A stretch of 64,000 nt of DNA, taken from the NCBI RefSeq assembly GCF_009914755.1, contig NC_060938.1; one strand, written 5' to 3'. Position 1 is the stretch's first letter; every line of letters begins with the position of its first letter. This stretch comes from the human T2T-CHM13v2.0 reference genome, Homo sapiens. Position numbers and translations under genes: made by a program. A model generated the notes under the pieces. It was not told the origin of the DNA. It searched no databases and saw only the letters and a program-made list of their open reading frames with translations. Positions 16,861 through 29,690 of this stretch are shown in pieces.

Positions 16861-17292
16861 CTAATGAGTTTGATAACTCACTGTTCACTGAGTCACTTGA
16901 TGTATATCCTGTCTCCAGGGGACCCACCAATGTGGTCTTGGTTCTTAAACCCGGTATAATTTCTACCACAAATTCATAAAGCAGTAGTCTTTTTACCAGT
17001 AAGTCTCTTGTGAATTTATTAGCACGACCCAGTCTCCCTGCAGGCAAAAACATCCAATTTAATTTCTGCCCATGCAAAGTAGGTGTCCAGGCCCCAAAAC
17101 CATGAAGACTCCATCCCATGAGGCTCTTCCTGAGACAGCCAAATAATGTCTCTTGACAACTCTGGTTTTTGCAAAAAAAAACCATTTATTCACAACACTC
17201 AGCCCCGACATGACAGGGCTTCTATCACATGATAACATTTCCCTAAATCATTTCCATCACAGGTGTGCATGGGCTTTCAGCTTATTTTACAT

Positions 17293-17366
17293 CAGTAATT
17301 CTCAAACTTTAGTGAGTTTAAGAATTCCCTGGGAAGAATAATGAAAATGCAGTTTCATAGGCCCCA
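17293..17366. mobile_element. MER5-like hAT-Charlie fragment
   Basis: CAGTAATTCTCAAACTTTAGTG...AGAATTCCCTGGGA...AAAATGCAG...GGCCCCAC. Confidence 0.6.
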
Positions 17367-17417
17367 CACTGCACTCCACCCTGGGTGACAGAGACCCTGT
17401 ATCAAAAAAAAAAAAAA
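17367..17417 (+). mobile_element. Alu 3'-terminal fragment
   Basis: CACTGCACTCCACCCTGGGTGACAGAGACCCTGTATC followed by A14. Confidence 0.85.
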
Positions 17418-17518
17418 TTGTACCATGTGGTACATTTGCATAAATGTAATCTTATTGTCATTTTATTGTTGTACCCACTGTGGATGTTAGAAATGACACA
17501 ATATGATTGATGATTTTT

Positions 17519-19133
17519 ATTTTTATTTTATTAATTTTATTTTTTCATAAGTTATTGGGGTACAGGTGGTATTTAGTTACATGAGTAAATTCTTTAGTGG
17601 AGATTTGTGAGAACCTGGTGCACCCATCACCCAAGCAGTATGCACTGCACCATATTTGTTGTCTTTTATCCCTCGCGCCCTCCCACTCTTCGCCACACTG
17701 TTTTCCATAGTGGCTGTACTAGTTTACATTCCAATCAGCAGTGCAGAAGTAGCGGGGGTCTGTCCTGCAGACCCCAGGTGCATGACGGATGAGACACGTA
17801 CTCAGACACCGATATTCAGTGGAAGAGTGGGCTGGGGGCTGCTGGCACTAGGGGCCAAAGAGAGTTTGCAGCCCCTTCCAAGCTGGCAACGCTTCCATTT
17901 ATTTAGTACAGATTTAATTGACAAGGACTTTGAGTCAACACACTTGTGGTCATCCCCACCCTGAAGAGGGCCATCTTGCCCACAAATGATCAAAGGTTGA
18001 TTTTAGGACCACATGAGTAAACAAGCTATTTAGATAAACTACTCTACATTCCTTTGTATCTGTGCCCCAAGCTGTTAGCTCAAGGTAAGGATTAGGCTGC
18101 TTTCAGCCATAACCCTAGCCTGAGACATTTGCAAAACCTTCCGGCCTTCCAAGGTTTGTGTTTACATCCTATAACTTCATCTTAAAATTTTTCCCACCAG
18201 CCTGACTGAACTCCCACAAGAAGTGTTCCCAGATCACCACATCCACGCCAACATCTACTGTTTTTTGTTTTTTTGATTATGGCCATTCTTTCAGGAGTAA
18301 GGTGGTATTGCATCGTGGTTTTGATTTACGTTTCCCTGATCATTAGTGATGTTGTGCATTTTTTCATACGTTTGTTGGCCATTTGTGTATCTTCTTTTGA
18401 GAATTGTCTATTCATGTCCTTAGCCCACTTTTTGATGGGATTGATTGTTTCTTTCTTACTGATTTATTTGAGTTCATTGTAGATTCTGGATATTAGTCCT
18501 TTGTCAGATGTATAGATTATGAAGATTTTCTCCCACTCTGTGGATTGTCTGTTTACTCTTGCTGACTGTTCCTTTTGCCGTGCAAAAGCTCTTTAGTTTA
18601 ATTAGGTCACAGCTATTTATCTTCGTTTTTATTGCAATTGCTTTTGGGTTTTCGGTCATAAAATCCTTGCCTAAGCCAACGTATAGAAAGGGTTTTTTCA
18701 ATGTTATCTTCTAGAATGTTTATAGTTTCAGGTCTTAGGTTCAAGTCTTTAATCCATCTTGAGTTGATTTTTGTAACAATTCTACCATTAATATGGAACC
18801 AAAAAAGAGCCCACATAGCAAAAGCAAGACTAAGCAAAAAGAACAAATCTCAAGGCATCACACTACCTGATTTCAAACTATACTATAAGGCCATAGTCAC
18901 CAAAACAGCAAGGAACTGATATAAAAATAGGCACATAGACCAATGGAACAGAATAGAGAACCCAGAAATAAACCCAAATACTTACAGCCAACTGATCTTC
19001 AACAAAGCAAACAAAAACATAAAGTGGGGAAAGGACTCCCTTTTCAACAAATGGTGCTGGGAAAACTGGCAGGCCATATGTAGGAGAATGAAACTGGATC
19101 CTCATCTCTCACCTTATACAAAAATCAACTCAA
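17519..19133 (-). mobile_element. L1PB1-like element, 5'-truncated and 5'-inverted (inverted part 18776-19140), with an internal deletion near 17692
   Basis: L1PB-type 3'UTR (GGTACAGGTGGTATTT...), ORF2 3' pieces on both strands, and TSD GAT(T/G)GATGATTTTT at 17505-17518 and 19134-19147. Confidence 0.9.
17750..18218 (-). mobile_element. LTR22 solo LTR (HERV-K HML-5)
   Basis: Reverse strand starts TGTGGGAGTTCAGTCAGGCTGGTGGGAAAAATTTTAAG. Length 469 bp. 5-bp TSD AGAAG at 17745-17749 and 18219-18223. Confidence 0.85.
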
Positions 19134-20864
19134 GATGGATGATTTTTAAATCCACAAGAAGGCTGGACACAACAGAAGTGAATCCTCCCCCTCCAATGCT
19201 GGGAAAGAATGCATTCCAATGATCTCCTTGCTAATGCTTTCCTCCTGCCAAACTAAATTTACCTTATTCACATCAGTTATGCACTTGGTCTTGATATGAG
19301 CAAGGTTAAAAAACCACAAAAAGATCATGTGACTAGAGGAAGTAGTGGGACATAAAAAGCCCAGGCCTGCAAATTCTTGATACCAGTACTCTTAGGAGAA
19401 ATTACAGGAAACCTCAGTGTCTCTGGGTAAGACATGTGAATATAACCAAATGTTGAGGGGGAACTTAACCTGTTACCTCAGAAATGGTGGCTTGAAGACA
19501 AAACTGATGACAGTGACATCAAATACTCCACATTCTAAAGAAAGCTGTAGAAAACTGATGGCCAGATACCCCCTCCATTGATTACTAAGAGAAGCCAAAT
19601 CAGTCCTGTGACCCCACCATCACCACATTGACCTAGCCAATCTCCAGGCCCTTTCAACCTCCTAACCTCAGAAGCAACAGACTAAGGAGAAGAGAAGGGG
19701 TGAACAGTATGTGTTATGTAGTGAGAGAGGGCTCCTGCTTTCAAGCAATCCACTTGTTAGTTGACTTCCTAATTGTTTTTCACATCCTGAGTGGTATTTG
19801 ATAACTCAATTGAGGAGTTATACAGAGATGACAGGCATTACACAGAGATGCCATTGAAGAGCCAAGAGTTTGATTTCTACAGTCTCCATCTTTGCTGATG
19901 GATCAGGGCAATGACTGAATATTAACTTCCATAGCCTGAAATACAACTTTCTTTAACATTGATTTTGTAACCAAAACATTTAAAAGTTATTTTTACCTTG
20001 CATCAATTCATTATTTTAAAACCCTGTCCTGATGTGAATTAGTCTTGAGAATCAAAATACCCTATTCAGTAAATTAACTTCAAGTCTGATGCCACCGATG
20101 CTAAGCACTCCATTGAAAAGCAGAGCATTCCTCTTCCAAGATGTGCAGCAGAGCAATTCTTGAGGTTGATCCAACATGAATCCTCAGGGAAACCGGGGGA
20201 AGAATCTGATGCTCTTACTATTGCTTGGAAATACCTCAAGAGAAGAGTAGAAAAGAAGTCCCATATTTCTGCCTTGAGATATTAAATGGAGAAAAAAATA
20301 TCCCAGATTTAGTAGCCTGGTGAATACTAAATGAGTCAAATGATGCATTAAGTCAAATGATGCAGTGATTCATTTTGCATCATCTGTTAAACGAAATGAT
20401 GCTCCTAACTTTTCAGACACAGCACCATTCTGTCATTGTCATTGTCATCCACACATGCTAAGATGAGAGCAAGACTCCATTTATTTCCAGAGCTTCTCTG
20501 GTGAAAGATGCTGTGATGTGCAATGTGATGTATACTGATATATCAATTCACAGTTGATTGTAATTGTCACAAAAATGTAAAACTTCAGACAATGTAAAAT
20601 AGAGGGGGATCTTTGCTATTAAATAGAGAAGATCATCATTTATCTGCTTCTCTGCCTTTCTAGTATTAGTAACTCAGTAGGTGGACCTGTCTAAACCATG
20701 GCTCATTTCCATCCAGACCACAATCTGGATCATGCTTGACCAAATCCTTTACCTTATGGCAGCTATCACATAGGGAAAACCTCACTCGACTTTGAATAAT
20801 CTAGACTGGGTTGCTGGTGTAGTTTTGCCAGTTGTCAGCTAAGGGCCTCCAGCACACAGTTTTA

Positions 20865-21005
20865 AAATTTTCAAAGCCTCAGTTTCCCCATCTACAAAAT
20901 TTGGACAATATTTTAACTCTTTGGATTATTGGGAAGTTTTAAGTTAAAAAATATTTGTGAAAACACCTAGCACAGACATTACTGGGTGCAGATGCTCAGT
21001 AATTC
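20865..21005 (+). mobile_element. MIR
   Basis: GCCTCAGTTTCCCCATCTACAAAAT core and CACCTAGCACAG...GCTCAGTAA tail. Confidence 0.75.
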
Positions 21006-21782
21006 ATCTTTTCAAAAATCTGTTAATAATGGTATCTTTCTAAGTTATCCTCTATGTTATTTATTCTTTTTCCTTCTCTGCTACCTGTTGCAGTTGTGAC
21101 AAAGTTTCCAAGTACAAATGAAGTGACCCTCATCTAGCAATAAAGAAACAAATCCTCCAACAGCTATTTCCTGTCTGACAGTTGGTATGCATATGCTTCA
21201 CTGACTTTACTGTTTAGCCATGAAACCTTCATCATAAGTGTCATTTGGCCTTAACTTTGCAATAAGGTAATTATAGTGCTGGGCTTATTAAAAACAGACT
21301 CCATCACAGGAGACGTTGACGGATGTTGGTTGAAGTTCTAACTTGACAAGCAAGTGGGATGAGCAAGTGCATGGCAGAACTAAAGACATTATATTGCAAA
21401 TGCTGTTTATTTTCTGTCAACTATAAACTATGCAGTAAATAATACATTATAAAAGAGATCCAGAAATAACATTAAGCTAAAATGGAACCATCAATTATTC
21501 TCTCTTCTTTAGCTTTCAGAAGATTTTTTTTCCCCTTCACTATTGGTACTTTTTCCTTTACTCGTTAATTGCTTTTTTTCCTGACTCCCCTGTTCTGCTC
21601 CAATGCCTATAAATCATTGTAAAAAAAAAAAAAAAGATAGAATGTTACTATTATGAAAAGAGTGTAAAAATGGTATTTAAATAAATTTGCTTTTGCTATC
21701 CAGCCAACTTTCTCTAACCTTTAAGTGAAAGTTTAAAGCTTCTGCTGTGAATGTTGTAAACTCTTGTGGGCACATGCATGTA

Positions 21783-22078
21783 TTTTTTTTTTTTTTTGAC
21801 ATGGAGTCTTCCTGTATCTCCCAGGCTGGAGTGCAGTGGCGTGATCTCAGCTCATTGCAAGCTCTGCCTCCCGGGTTCATGCCATTTTCCTGCCTCAGCC
21901 TCCTGACAGGCAGGGTTTACAGGCACCCTCCACCATGCCCGGCTATTTTTTTGTATTTTTAGTAGAGACGGGGTTTCACCATGTTGGCCAGGATGGTCTC
22001 GATCTCTTGACCTCGTGATCCACCCGCCTCGGCCTCCCAAAGTGCTGGGATTACAGGCGTGAGCCACCACGCCTGGCC
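21783..22078 (-). mobile_element. Alu (AluY/AluSc8-like)
   Basis: Full dimer with GCAAGCTC, TTCATGCCATT and GACCTCGTGATCC. TSD core CACATGCA at 21771-21778 and 22079-22086. Confidence 0.95.
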
Positions 22079-22504
22079 CACATGCACTCACACGACTCTA
22101 GGCACTGGGCACAGTTCAAAATTTAAGCAGTCCCTTCACAGTGAGTTTTGAGATGTAAATTTAAAATATACTATGGCAGGAAGTTCAAGGTTTTACTGTA
22201 AGGAGCAACTTTGAAATACATTTGCCTATGGTGTTAAATCACAAAGGATTCTGAATTAGCTGCTTATGACAGCAAAATGATAATAAATGGAGCAAACAGG
22301 GAGGAGAAGAGGAAGAAAAGAGTAGGTGAAAAACTACGTCTCACCTTACTCAGTTCCATGCCTACACCCATGCCTTAGAAAGCCACTCCAGTTATAACAG
22401 TTCCTTCCCCAGTGTGAAGATTCAGGATTCTCCTCTAAGTCAATAAGTAGTTACTGAACATCTATCCCATATCCATCATCATGCTAAACATTGCTTTTAT
22501 ACAT

Positions 22505-22605
22505 GAGTCATTCATTCAAATATTTGGGGTACCTAATATGTTCACATGTTGGGGATCTAATTAAGAATGAGACAGAAATTACCCTCAAGGAGCTTACAGT
22601 TTATT
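22505..22605 (-). mobile_element. LINE-2 fragment
   Basis: TCATTCATTCAAATATTT...CCCTCAAGGAGCTTACAGT. Confidence 0.6.
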
Positions 22606-23949
22606 TCTATGTGTTCTTAAGATACACAGGCTTAATTCTGAAAATTTTCTTATTTTCTTCAGAAAAAATGCCCGTTGAATATACCTAGTGTTACCAGTAT
22701 AGAACCTCTCTGTTATACAATCTTTGAGGAGCATACCACTGTTACAGGTAAAACAATGTGGGCATAGGAACCTTCAGTTCCTTCCAATTAAACACACCCA
22801 TATATGCAGGTCAAAGCAGAGAACTGATGAAACTGAGTGAAGTGGAAATGAGGAACGCTGGGTTCTATCAAGGAGTTACAGAACTACTATTTACTCAGCA
22901 ACTTTATGCATACAGAAACCCACAAATATAAAAGACAAATACAATAAAGCCCACTTAGCATACCCCTGCATTTCAGGTTCTCTAAGATTCCAGATTCTCA
23001 TTGAATATCTTACATGGCTGTAAGTATAGAGGTGCAGTTATGCAATGTGGTCGTGGGCTCTTTGAGGAATAGCCAAAGTTACTCATTGATCAAAGCAAAA
23101 AGGCTACTGGTCCCTCATCGACTTTTCAAGCCGTATACAGATAATTCATTCCATGTTAATAATAATAATAACAAAATACATCTCATTTGAAAAATATTGA
23201 AGAACTTCACATTTTTTGCATCCCTACAGACAACTGGAGATCATCTGAAATGTCTCAAAATCCCATGATTGGGAATCATGATCTAGTTATCAGAGCATTA
23301 ATTGAATTACAAGGCTTTGGGGAATGTGAATAGAAAAGAATGTGTGCCTCCTGGCACTTTTTGGCTAGTATAAAGCACTACAGGAATAATTGGGAAGTAT
23401 TCAAAACCACTACCCATTACCACAATTCAACAGGAATAAGACATAAGAACAAAAAAGGGCTAGAAGAATTAAATCTCACTGACAAATTATTTCAAGGAAA
23501 TCCCCACCACACCAGGCCAACACAGGCACCATGCTACCATTTCTTTAACTCGCTGAGCACTAAAATTCTCTAAAACCACAAAATAAAATGTGAATAGCTT
23601 CATTTAAATAGTCTACTATAAGGAAATTGGGCCTTATTTTGAGCATTATTATAAAGCAGCTGTTTCTGTTCATCACAGAAAATCTCTACCTGACATTTAA
23701 GACACAGGCAGCAGTCACTGAGTCCTCTCCATTCTTAGGAGCATCTTAAAGCAACCACTTCTCTAGAATGTACACATTTATGCTTGTTGACTTAGCCACT
23801 TTTCCGGCAGCATATTTTGGCACATACATCTCTCCCTCATCTTAGAACATAAATGTATTTATAAGACATATTGGTGATGCGGAAAGAACACATGAACAAT
23901 CACTTTCAGTAAGACTTGTTAAATCATGATATCACTGTGTGTTTTTTCA

Positions 23950-24070
23950 TTCATGATGCTTTGGTTTCCCCAACTATAAAATCAGAATAATGATATTATC
24001 TTCTGCCTTGGTGTGTTCTAAGGAATAAAGAGCTTGGCACTGTGCCTGGCATCGTAGTTGGTATAATTAC
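23950..24070 (+). mobile_element. MIR fragment
   Basis: GGTTTCCCCAACTATAAAAT...AGAGCTTGGCACTGTGCCTGGCA. Confidence 0.6.
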
Positions 24071-24924
24071 TACTATTGGTGTTGTTGATATAGTGATATC
24101 TTTACAGATATTGTAACTGATATGTACATATTAATATATAACTACACAGAGACAGAATTTATGCAGAATGTGTAGGAAATAGGACTTTCAAGATGATAAT
24201 TTTTTTAATAATCAAAAATTGTCTTTCAGGCCTAAAATCATTTAAACATCTGGAAACAATCACCACATATTCGTCCCAGTCTCTGAGATATGGAATTCTT
24301 CCCATCTGCCCCAGTGTTCCCCTGGCAGCCCCTTGTCAGGTCACTCTAGTCATCCTTCAAGGTCTTTCTTTCTACAGTATTTTGGCATGCCTCCATGAGA
24401 GCACTTTCCATATAATGCTGATGATTTCTTCCTGTAGAAATCCCCCACCAAACTGTCATCTTCTGAAAACTGACCTTATCCATCTCTGAGTCCTGCAGTC
24501 CTAACATAGCGCCTTGCTCCAAAGTATGAAGGAGGAAAGGAAAGAGAAAAGAAAGCAGACAAAAGGGAAAAAGAAAAAATCAAAAGGGGTAGAGGGAAAA
24601 GACAAAATGTACACAATCAAATCTCCACGTTTTAAGTCTCTCTTCTCAGGCAATTTTGTTATAGATTTCCAGAGCCTCCTGTGGACTTCTTTGGCTCTTT
24701 GCTCTGGTCTGAGTCTGTACTCTCAGAGAAAATGATGTTGCTGGCTCAACGAGAAAGATCCACAAAGCCACAAGAAAAATGATAACAAGGAAAAGCCTTC
24801 ATTTGAATATCCACACATTATCCCTCTGCATACGGCAAGAATTTTAAGAAATTATAAATCCTAGATATTTTAAGAAACACTGATAATCTTTTTTAAGAAT
24901 TCCTATTGTTATTTGCTAGTTACT

Positions 24925-25920
24925 TCACTCATTTGAAAAAGATGTGTTTAGCATCTCCTGTGTACCAAGCATTCCTTTGGTACTGGAGCCTGCCTTTATG
25001 ATGCTTACATTCCCAAGGGCAGGGATAGACAAAAAATAAAATAATAGTAACACTACCTCAATAAGTAAGTCATCAGGTATCCAAGAAGGTGGCAGATGTT
25101 GGGGGTATTATGTGGGAGCAACAGAGGGACAGAGGGGATGAAGAAATCAGGAGTGCTGGATTCAATTTTAAATAGGCTGCTCAGGATAGGTGAATGATAG
25201 GGTGACATTTGTACAAAGGGTGCACAAGTAGTTGTCAGGGTGTATTAGTAAGGGTTCCCTAGAGGGACAGAACTAAGAGGATAGATGTATAGAGAAAGAG
25301 GAGTTTGTTAAGGAATATTCACTCACATGATTACAAGTGAGTTCCCACAATAGGCCGTCTGCAAGCTGAGGAGCAAGGAAGCCAGTCAGAGACCCAAAAC
25401 TGAAGAACTTGGAGTCCGATGTTCGAGGGCAGGAAGCATCCAGCACAGGAGAAAGATGTAGGCCAGAAGATTAAACCAGTCTAGTCTTTTCACTTTCTTC
25501 TGCCTGCTTTTATTCTGGCTGTGCTCGCAGCTGATTAGATGGTGCCCACCCAGATTAATGGTGGGTCTGCCTTTCCCAGTCCACTGACTCAAATGTTAAT
25601 CTCCTTTGGCAACACCCTCACAGACACACTCAGGAACAATACTTTGCATCCTTCAATCCAATCAAATTGACACTCAATATTAACCATCACACATGGAGTG
25701 TTCCACATAGGAGAAAAAGCCAAAGAAAATGTACCTGGCATTTAAGTTCAGCAAGGAGGCCAGTGTGAATGGAGCAGAGTGTACTGGCAGGGAATGGGGA
25801 CGGGGTAGATGAAGTCAGAGAGGCCATACGACGGAGGGGTGGCAGATCAGGCATAGCCCTGTAGCCAGTACAAAAACTATGATTTTACTCTGAGTCACAT
25901 GGAGACCCATTGGAGAGTTT
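24925..25920 (-). mobile_element. LINE-2 interrupted by MLT2A
   Basis: TTTAGCATCTCCTGTGTACCAAGCA... before the LTR and CAGCAAGGAGGCCAGTGTG...TTTTACTCTGAGT after it. Confidence 0.75.
25241..25691 (-). mobile_element. MLT2A (HERV-L) solo LTR
   Basis: TGTATTAGT...CTAGAGGGACAGAACTAA...AATATTAACCATCACA. Flanks CAGGG and CATGG form a 5-bp TSD with one mismatch. Confidence 0.9.
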
Positions 25921-27334
25921 GCCTCTACTTACTTTTCTCTTCCTATAAGCAGCTGCCTAGAGTTGCCATCCTCTCCCCCACTGGAAAATTAGGGACTTTT
26001 GCAGTTAGCTGTCCTGGCTTTTACTAACAGGGGCAATGTCAGTTTGCTGTCAAATGTCACATTTAATAGGGCCCACCCTCATGGGCTTTTCCTGGCTATA
26101 TCTCTCCCCATGGAGTAAAGAGTTGAAGAGATCTAGGCATTTTCCCACCTAGACCTGCCTCCCTTTTTCCAGACCACAGTCCAATACCCAGGAACTTTCT
26201 GCCTAAAAATGAAGACTCCCATTCCCAGGGCATGTACAACCCCCTTTTCCTGGGCTGTCCTCTCTGACCAGGCCATGCTCTCTCAGCGTGCAACCCAAGA
26301 TGACCAGGGGCTGGGAGTTTACAGAGGGAGATAGAGCTTGGACTTCCAGGCTGTTGGGATGATGGAGGTTCTATAGGCTTTGACATATGCAATTGACTGG
26401 AGGCCCCCTGAAGTGTAGATGCAGCCAGAGGGGGTGGGTTGGGAGCCACTGCCTATTTTCACTTCAGCCGCAGCCCTGCAAGTATTCAGGCAGCCTAGCT
26501 ATCAAAGCCCTTCAAATGATAAGTCAGAATACCAAAACTCCCTTGCCAAAAGTAAAACTCTCCTCTCTACCTGGTTCTAACTGTATCAAGAAGCTGTTTC
26601 CCTCTGCAGTTCTATTTTCCCTGCTCCCCTGGCTTATTCACTTTATCGAAATGGATTTCCAGATCAGATGGAGATGTGAATTCCCGGCATTACCTGAGCA
26701 CATCTCTCATGGGTCCCCATGTTCCCAGGCTGCCAGCCTTCTACGAGATAAGTGTCACCCGATCACCCCTGAGTCTCTCTTTTCAGCCACAGGTCATCAG
26801 GTACACCATGGAAATTGATTATTCTACTCCCTTCAGCTGGGAGGCAATAACTGTCCATCAAAATGGCTATTGCCAGCAGCAATCACTTTTTAAAGGGACT
26901 AAGCACTTCTGAACAATTTTAACTTGAACATAACATATTTCCAACAGTTAAATAGTAGCTTTCTCCATAAGAGTACTTCTTTTAGGAGTGCTTTCCAATC
27001 TGTTATCTCCTTTTATTATCTTAATATTTCTGTGAAGCAGGTAAAGTAGCTTGAAGGAAAAGAATCCCAGAGAGTGTGAGGGTTTTGACTGCAGCCACTT
27101 CCACAGGTAGTGTTCCTACGAAGTCTAAATCTCAATCTAGACCAGGCTCTGATGGCCTTTCCAGTATACCATGCAAATCCTGACCCCTCCCCAGTCAGAA
27201 ACCCTGAATTTTTTGGCCATTTCCAGGTCTCACTTAATATCTCTTCCTTCCTGAATCTGCCATATCAGTGTCACCTACCTTAACATGAAATAAATATAAA
27301 AAACTATATGTTTTCCTCTTGAAACTTCATGTCT

Positions 27335-28385
27335 CTTCATTCACTCGACTAATGTTTATTGAGTGCCTATTTTATTCTGGGCATTGTGCCAGGGGAACAC
27401 AAAATAGTCAACCTCCCTGGTGTCATGGAGCTTGCATTCTAGGGGAGAGGAACAGTCAGTAAAGTAGAACAAACATAAATGAACAAAAGCGCAGTGGACA
27501 CTGTCTCTGCCTGCTCATATGACCTGTGTATTCCCATTCTCATGCATGCCAGTCCTACCACTTCCTCCTATAAGCACCCATGACTTTCCCCCAAGACTCT
27601 CTCTGGTGAACCTGGCCCCCACACAGGACAGGCCCGCCTCAAGTGCTGGGGACTTGATAGTCTCAGCAACAGCCCTCAACTAATAACCAATTAGAGTTAG
27701 TGGATAAATACCCCAGCTCCCTCACCTTTCAGGTGGGACAACTTTGAAGCAAAGTCTTCTACACTGTCACCCAGAGTTCCCCAGTGGCAACAGCCCCAAT
27801 TTCCCATAGCAGGCACCCTGCATTGGCTTCCATTGCTTCCCATACTTACTTCCACACTGCCCCACCTGTTCTTTCTAAGATCGCCTCCAAGAAAACTACT
27901 TAGGCTCAAATCTTTCTCTTGGGGCATTACAGATAGTGATAAATATTATGAGGGAAATAAATTAATATAATGATAAGAGATTGAGAGAAGAAAAGGCAGT
28001 ATTAGATTGGGTGTTCAGGGAGGGCTAAAGAATAAGGTGATGCTTGAGCTGGGGTGATAGCTGAGCTGAGACTTGAATGATGAAGAAGAACCTGCTGGTG
28101 GAAACTGGGAATCTGAGGGCAAGTATTCCAAGGAGAAAGAACAGCAAGTGGGAAGATCCTGAGGCTGGAGGAAGTGTGGGGTGCTTGAAGAATAGCAAGA
28201 AGGCCAGAGTGGCTGGAGCAGATGCAGTCGGAGAAGTAAGAAGGAGCTGGTTCCAGAGGACCTGGGGGACACAATAAGGATTTCTAGATTTCATACTAAG
28301 CACAATGGGAAGCTGCGGGAGAGCCCAAGCTACGGAGTTGACATAATTCAATCTGCTTTTTTGAAAGGTCATTATAGCTGTTGTT
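27335..28385 (-). mobile_element. LINE-2 interrupted by an LTR16-like LTR
   Basis: TTTATTGAGTGCCTA...ATGGAGCTTGCATTCTAG, then GAATAGCAAGAAGGCCAGAGTGGCTGGAGCA. Confidence 0.8.
27490..27927 (+). mobile_element. ERVL LTR, LTR16A-like
   Basis: GGAGTTAGTGGATAAATACCCCAGCTCCCTCACC-type core and CCCAGAGTTCCCCAGTGG. Confidence 0.7.
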
Positions 28386-29690
28386 AGATCCTGTGCCCTC
28401 CACTTCAGCACCATGCAGTACACAAAACCACTCCCTTTGGATGGTTGGCTTAGATCACATATGAAGTATAGTTACAGTGAACTTCAGAAAGAAAAAATAA
28501 AGAAAAGAAAAAGATAGGGATCCAAAAATTTTCCTATGGTTAACAGGGAACTTCCCAAGTCTCTAGTTCCACACTCCCCATATCAAAAATGTGTTTGATA
28601 AGCCTATTGTGAAGAAAGTCATGGGAAGTCCTCCTAAATCTGTCTCAAGTAGAAATGTGCTAAAAGACCTCTGCATTACATATGAAAGTTTAGAGAATTC
28701 ATTCATTTCCTTGATAAATCATTTTGAATTAAAAAGAAAGGTCATTTTTGCTAATAGGAGAGAAATGAAGGTCAATTTATCTGACCATCTGGCCCCTGAT
28801 CTCAAAAGATCACTGCTTTTAAGTACTCGCTGCTATTATTAATGATGCTATACTAATGCATATTCCTCCTGATCAAACTGCTTTGCCACTTTGTTACTTA
28901 ATGCAGATGCTGTAGAAGCAAAGGTTAGAATCTTGCACCTTTTAGAGCAAAAAGATGAGGCTAGTTAGGCTGATGCTTGACAAGCAGTCAGAATAAATTA
29001 ATTTCCCCTCTCTGAAATGTTTCTTTGTCAGCTTCTGGGGGTCAGTCACTATTTTAGCTCAGCTAATGCTGCCAAGAGTAGAGTATCAGATGAGAGATGC
29101 AGAGAAGTTTACTTCAAATCAGTGCTTTGAGCTAAAGCACCTGATGCCTATACATACAGTGCCTGCTAGTCCATTACCCTGCCCTCAAAGGCTCATTCTG
29201 TTGTTCACAGGAGTTATTTACTGGGAGGCAGATAATCTTGTGGAAGAACACATGACCAAATTCCTTAATCCATGTGCTCTTTGAAAGAATTATATTAGGA
29301 AAATGCCTCTCAAAATTAAGAAAAAAAAACTTCCACATTTTTAAAAGGGAGATTTTGTTTAAAAGAATGAAAAATAGCAGCTTCATCCACTTTTAATTCC
29401 GAATATTTTCAGAAAAAAAAAATTATACCACCAAAAGAATCACTCACTGATTTTTTTCTTTTCTTTTTGGTAATTTCAGCTCTCACAGAATTATCCTCTG
29501 CAATTTGAAAATGGTATTACTAGGTAGTGATGGAAAGTAGCACACACCTAAAATCTAAGGAGCAGTTGTGTTTGGCTGGAGAGTGAAGATAGTGCCTGTA
29601 TGACATACTCAGGTATGAGGATTATAACCAGTGCCATAACAAGGAAGAGCTATCGTGAGCCCTAGTACATTCACAATTATTGTTGGGAGA

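Noticed and set aside
26096-26912. Overlapping 78-143 aa ORFs in a GC-richer unique segment
   Set aside because: No recognisable domains and ORFs on both strands; consistent with lower stop-codon density.
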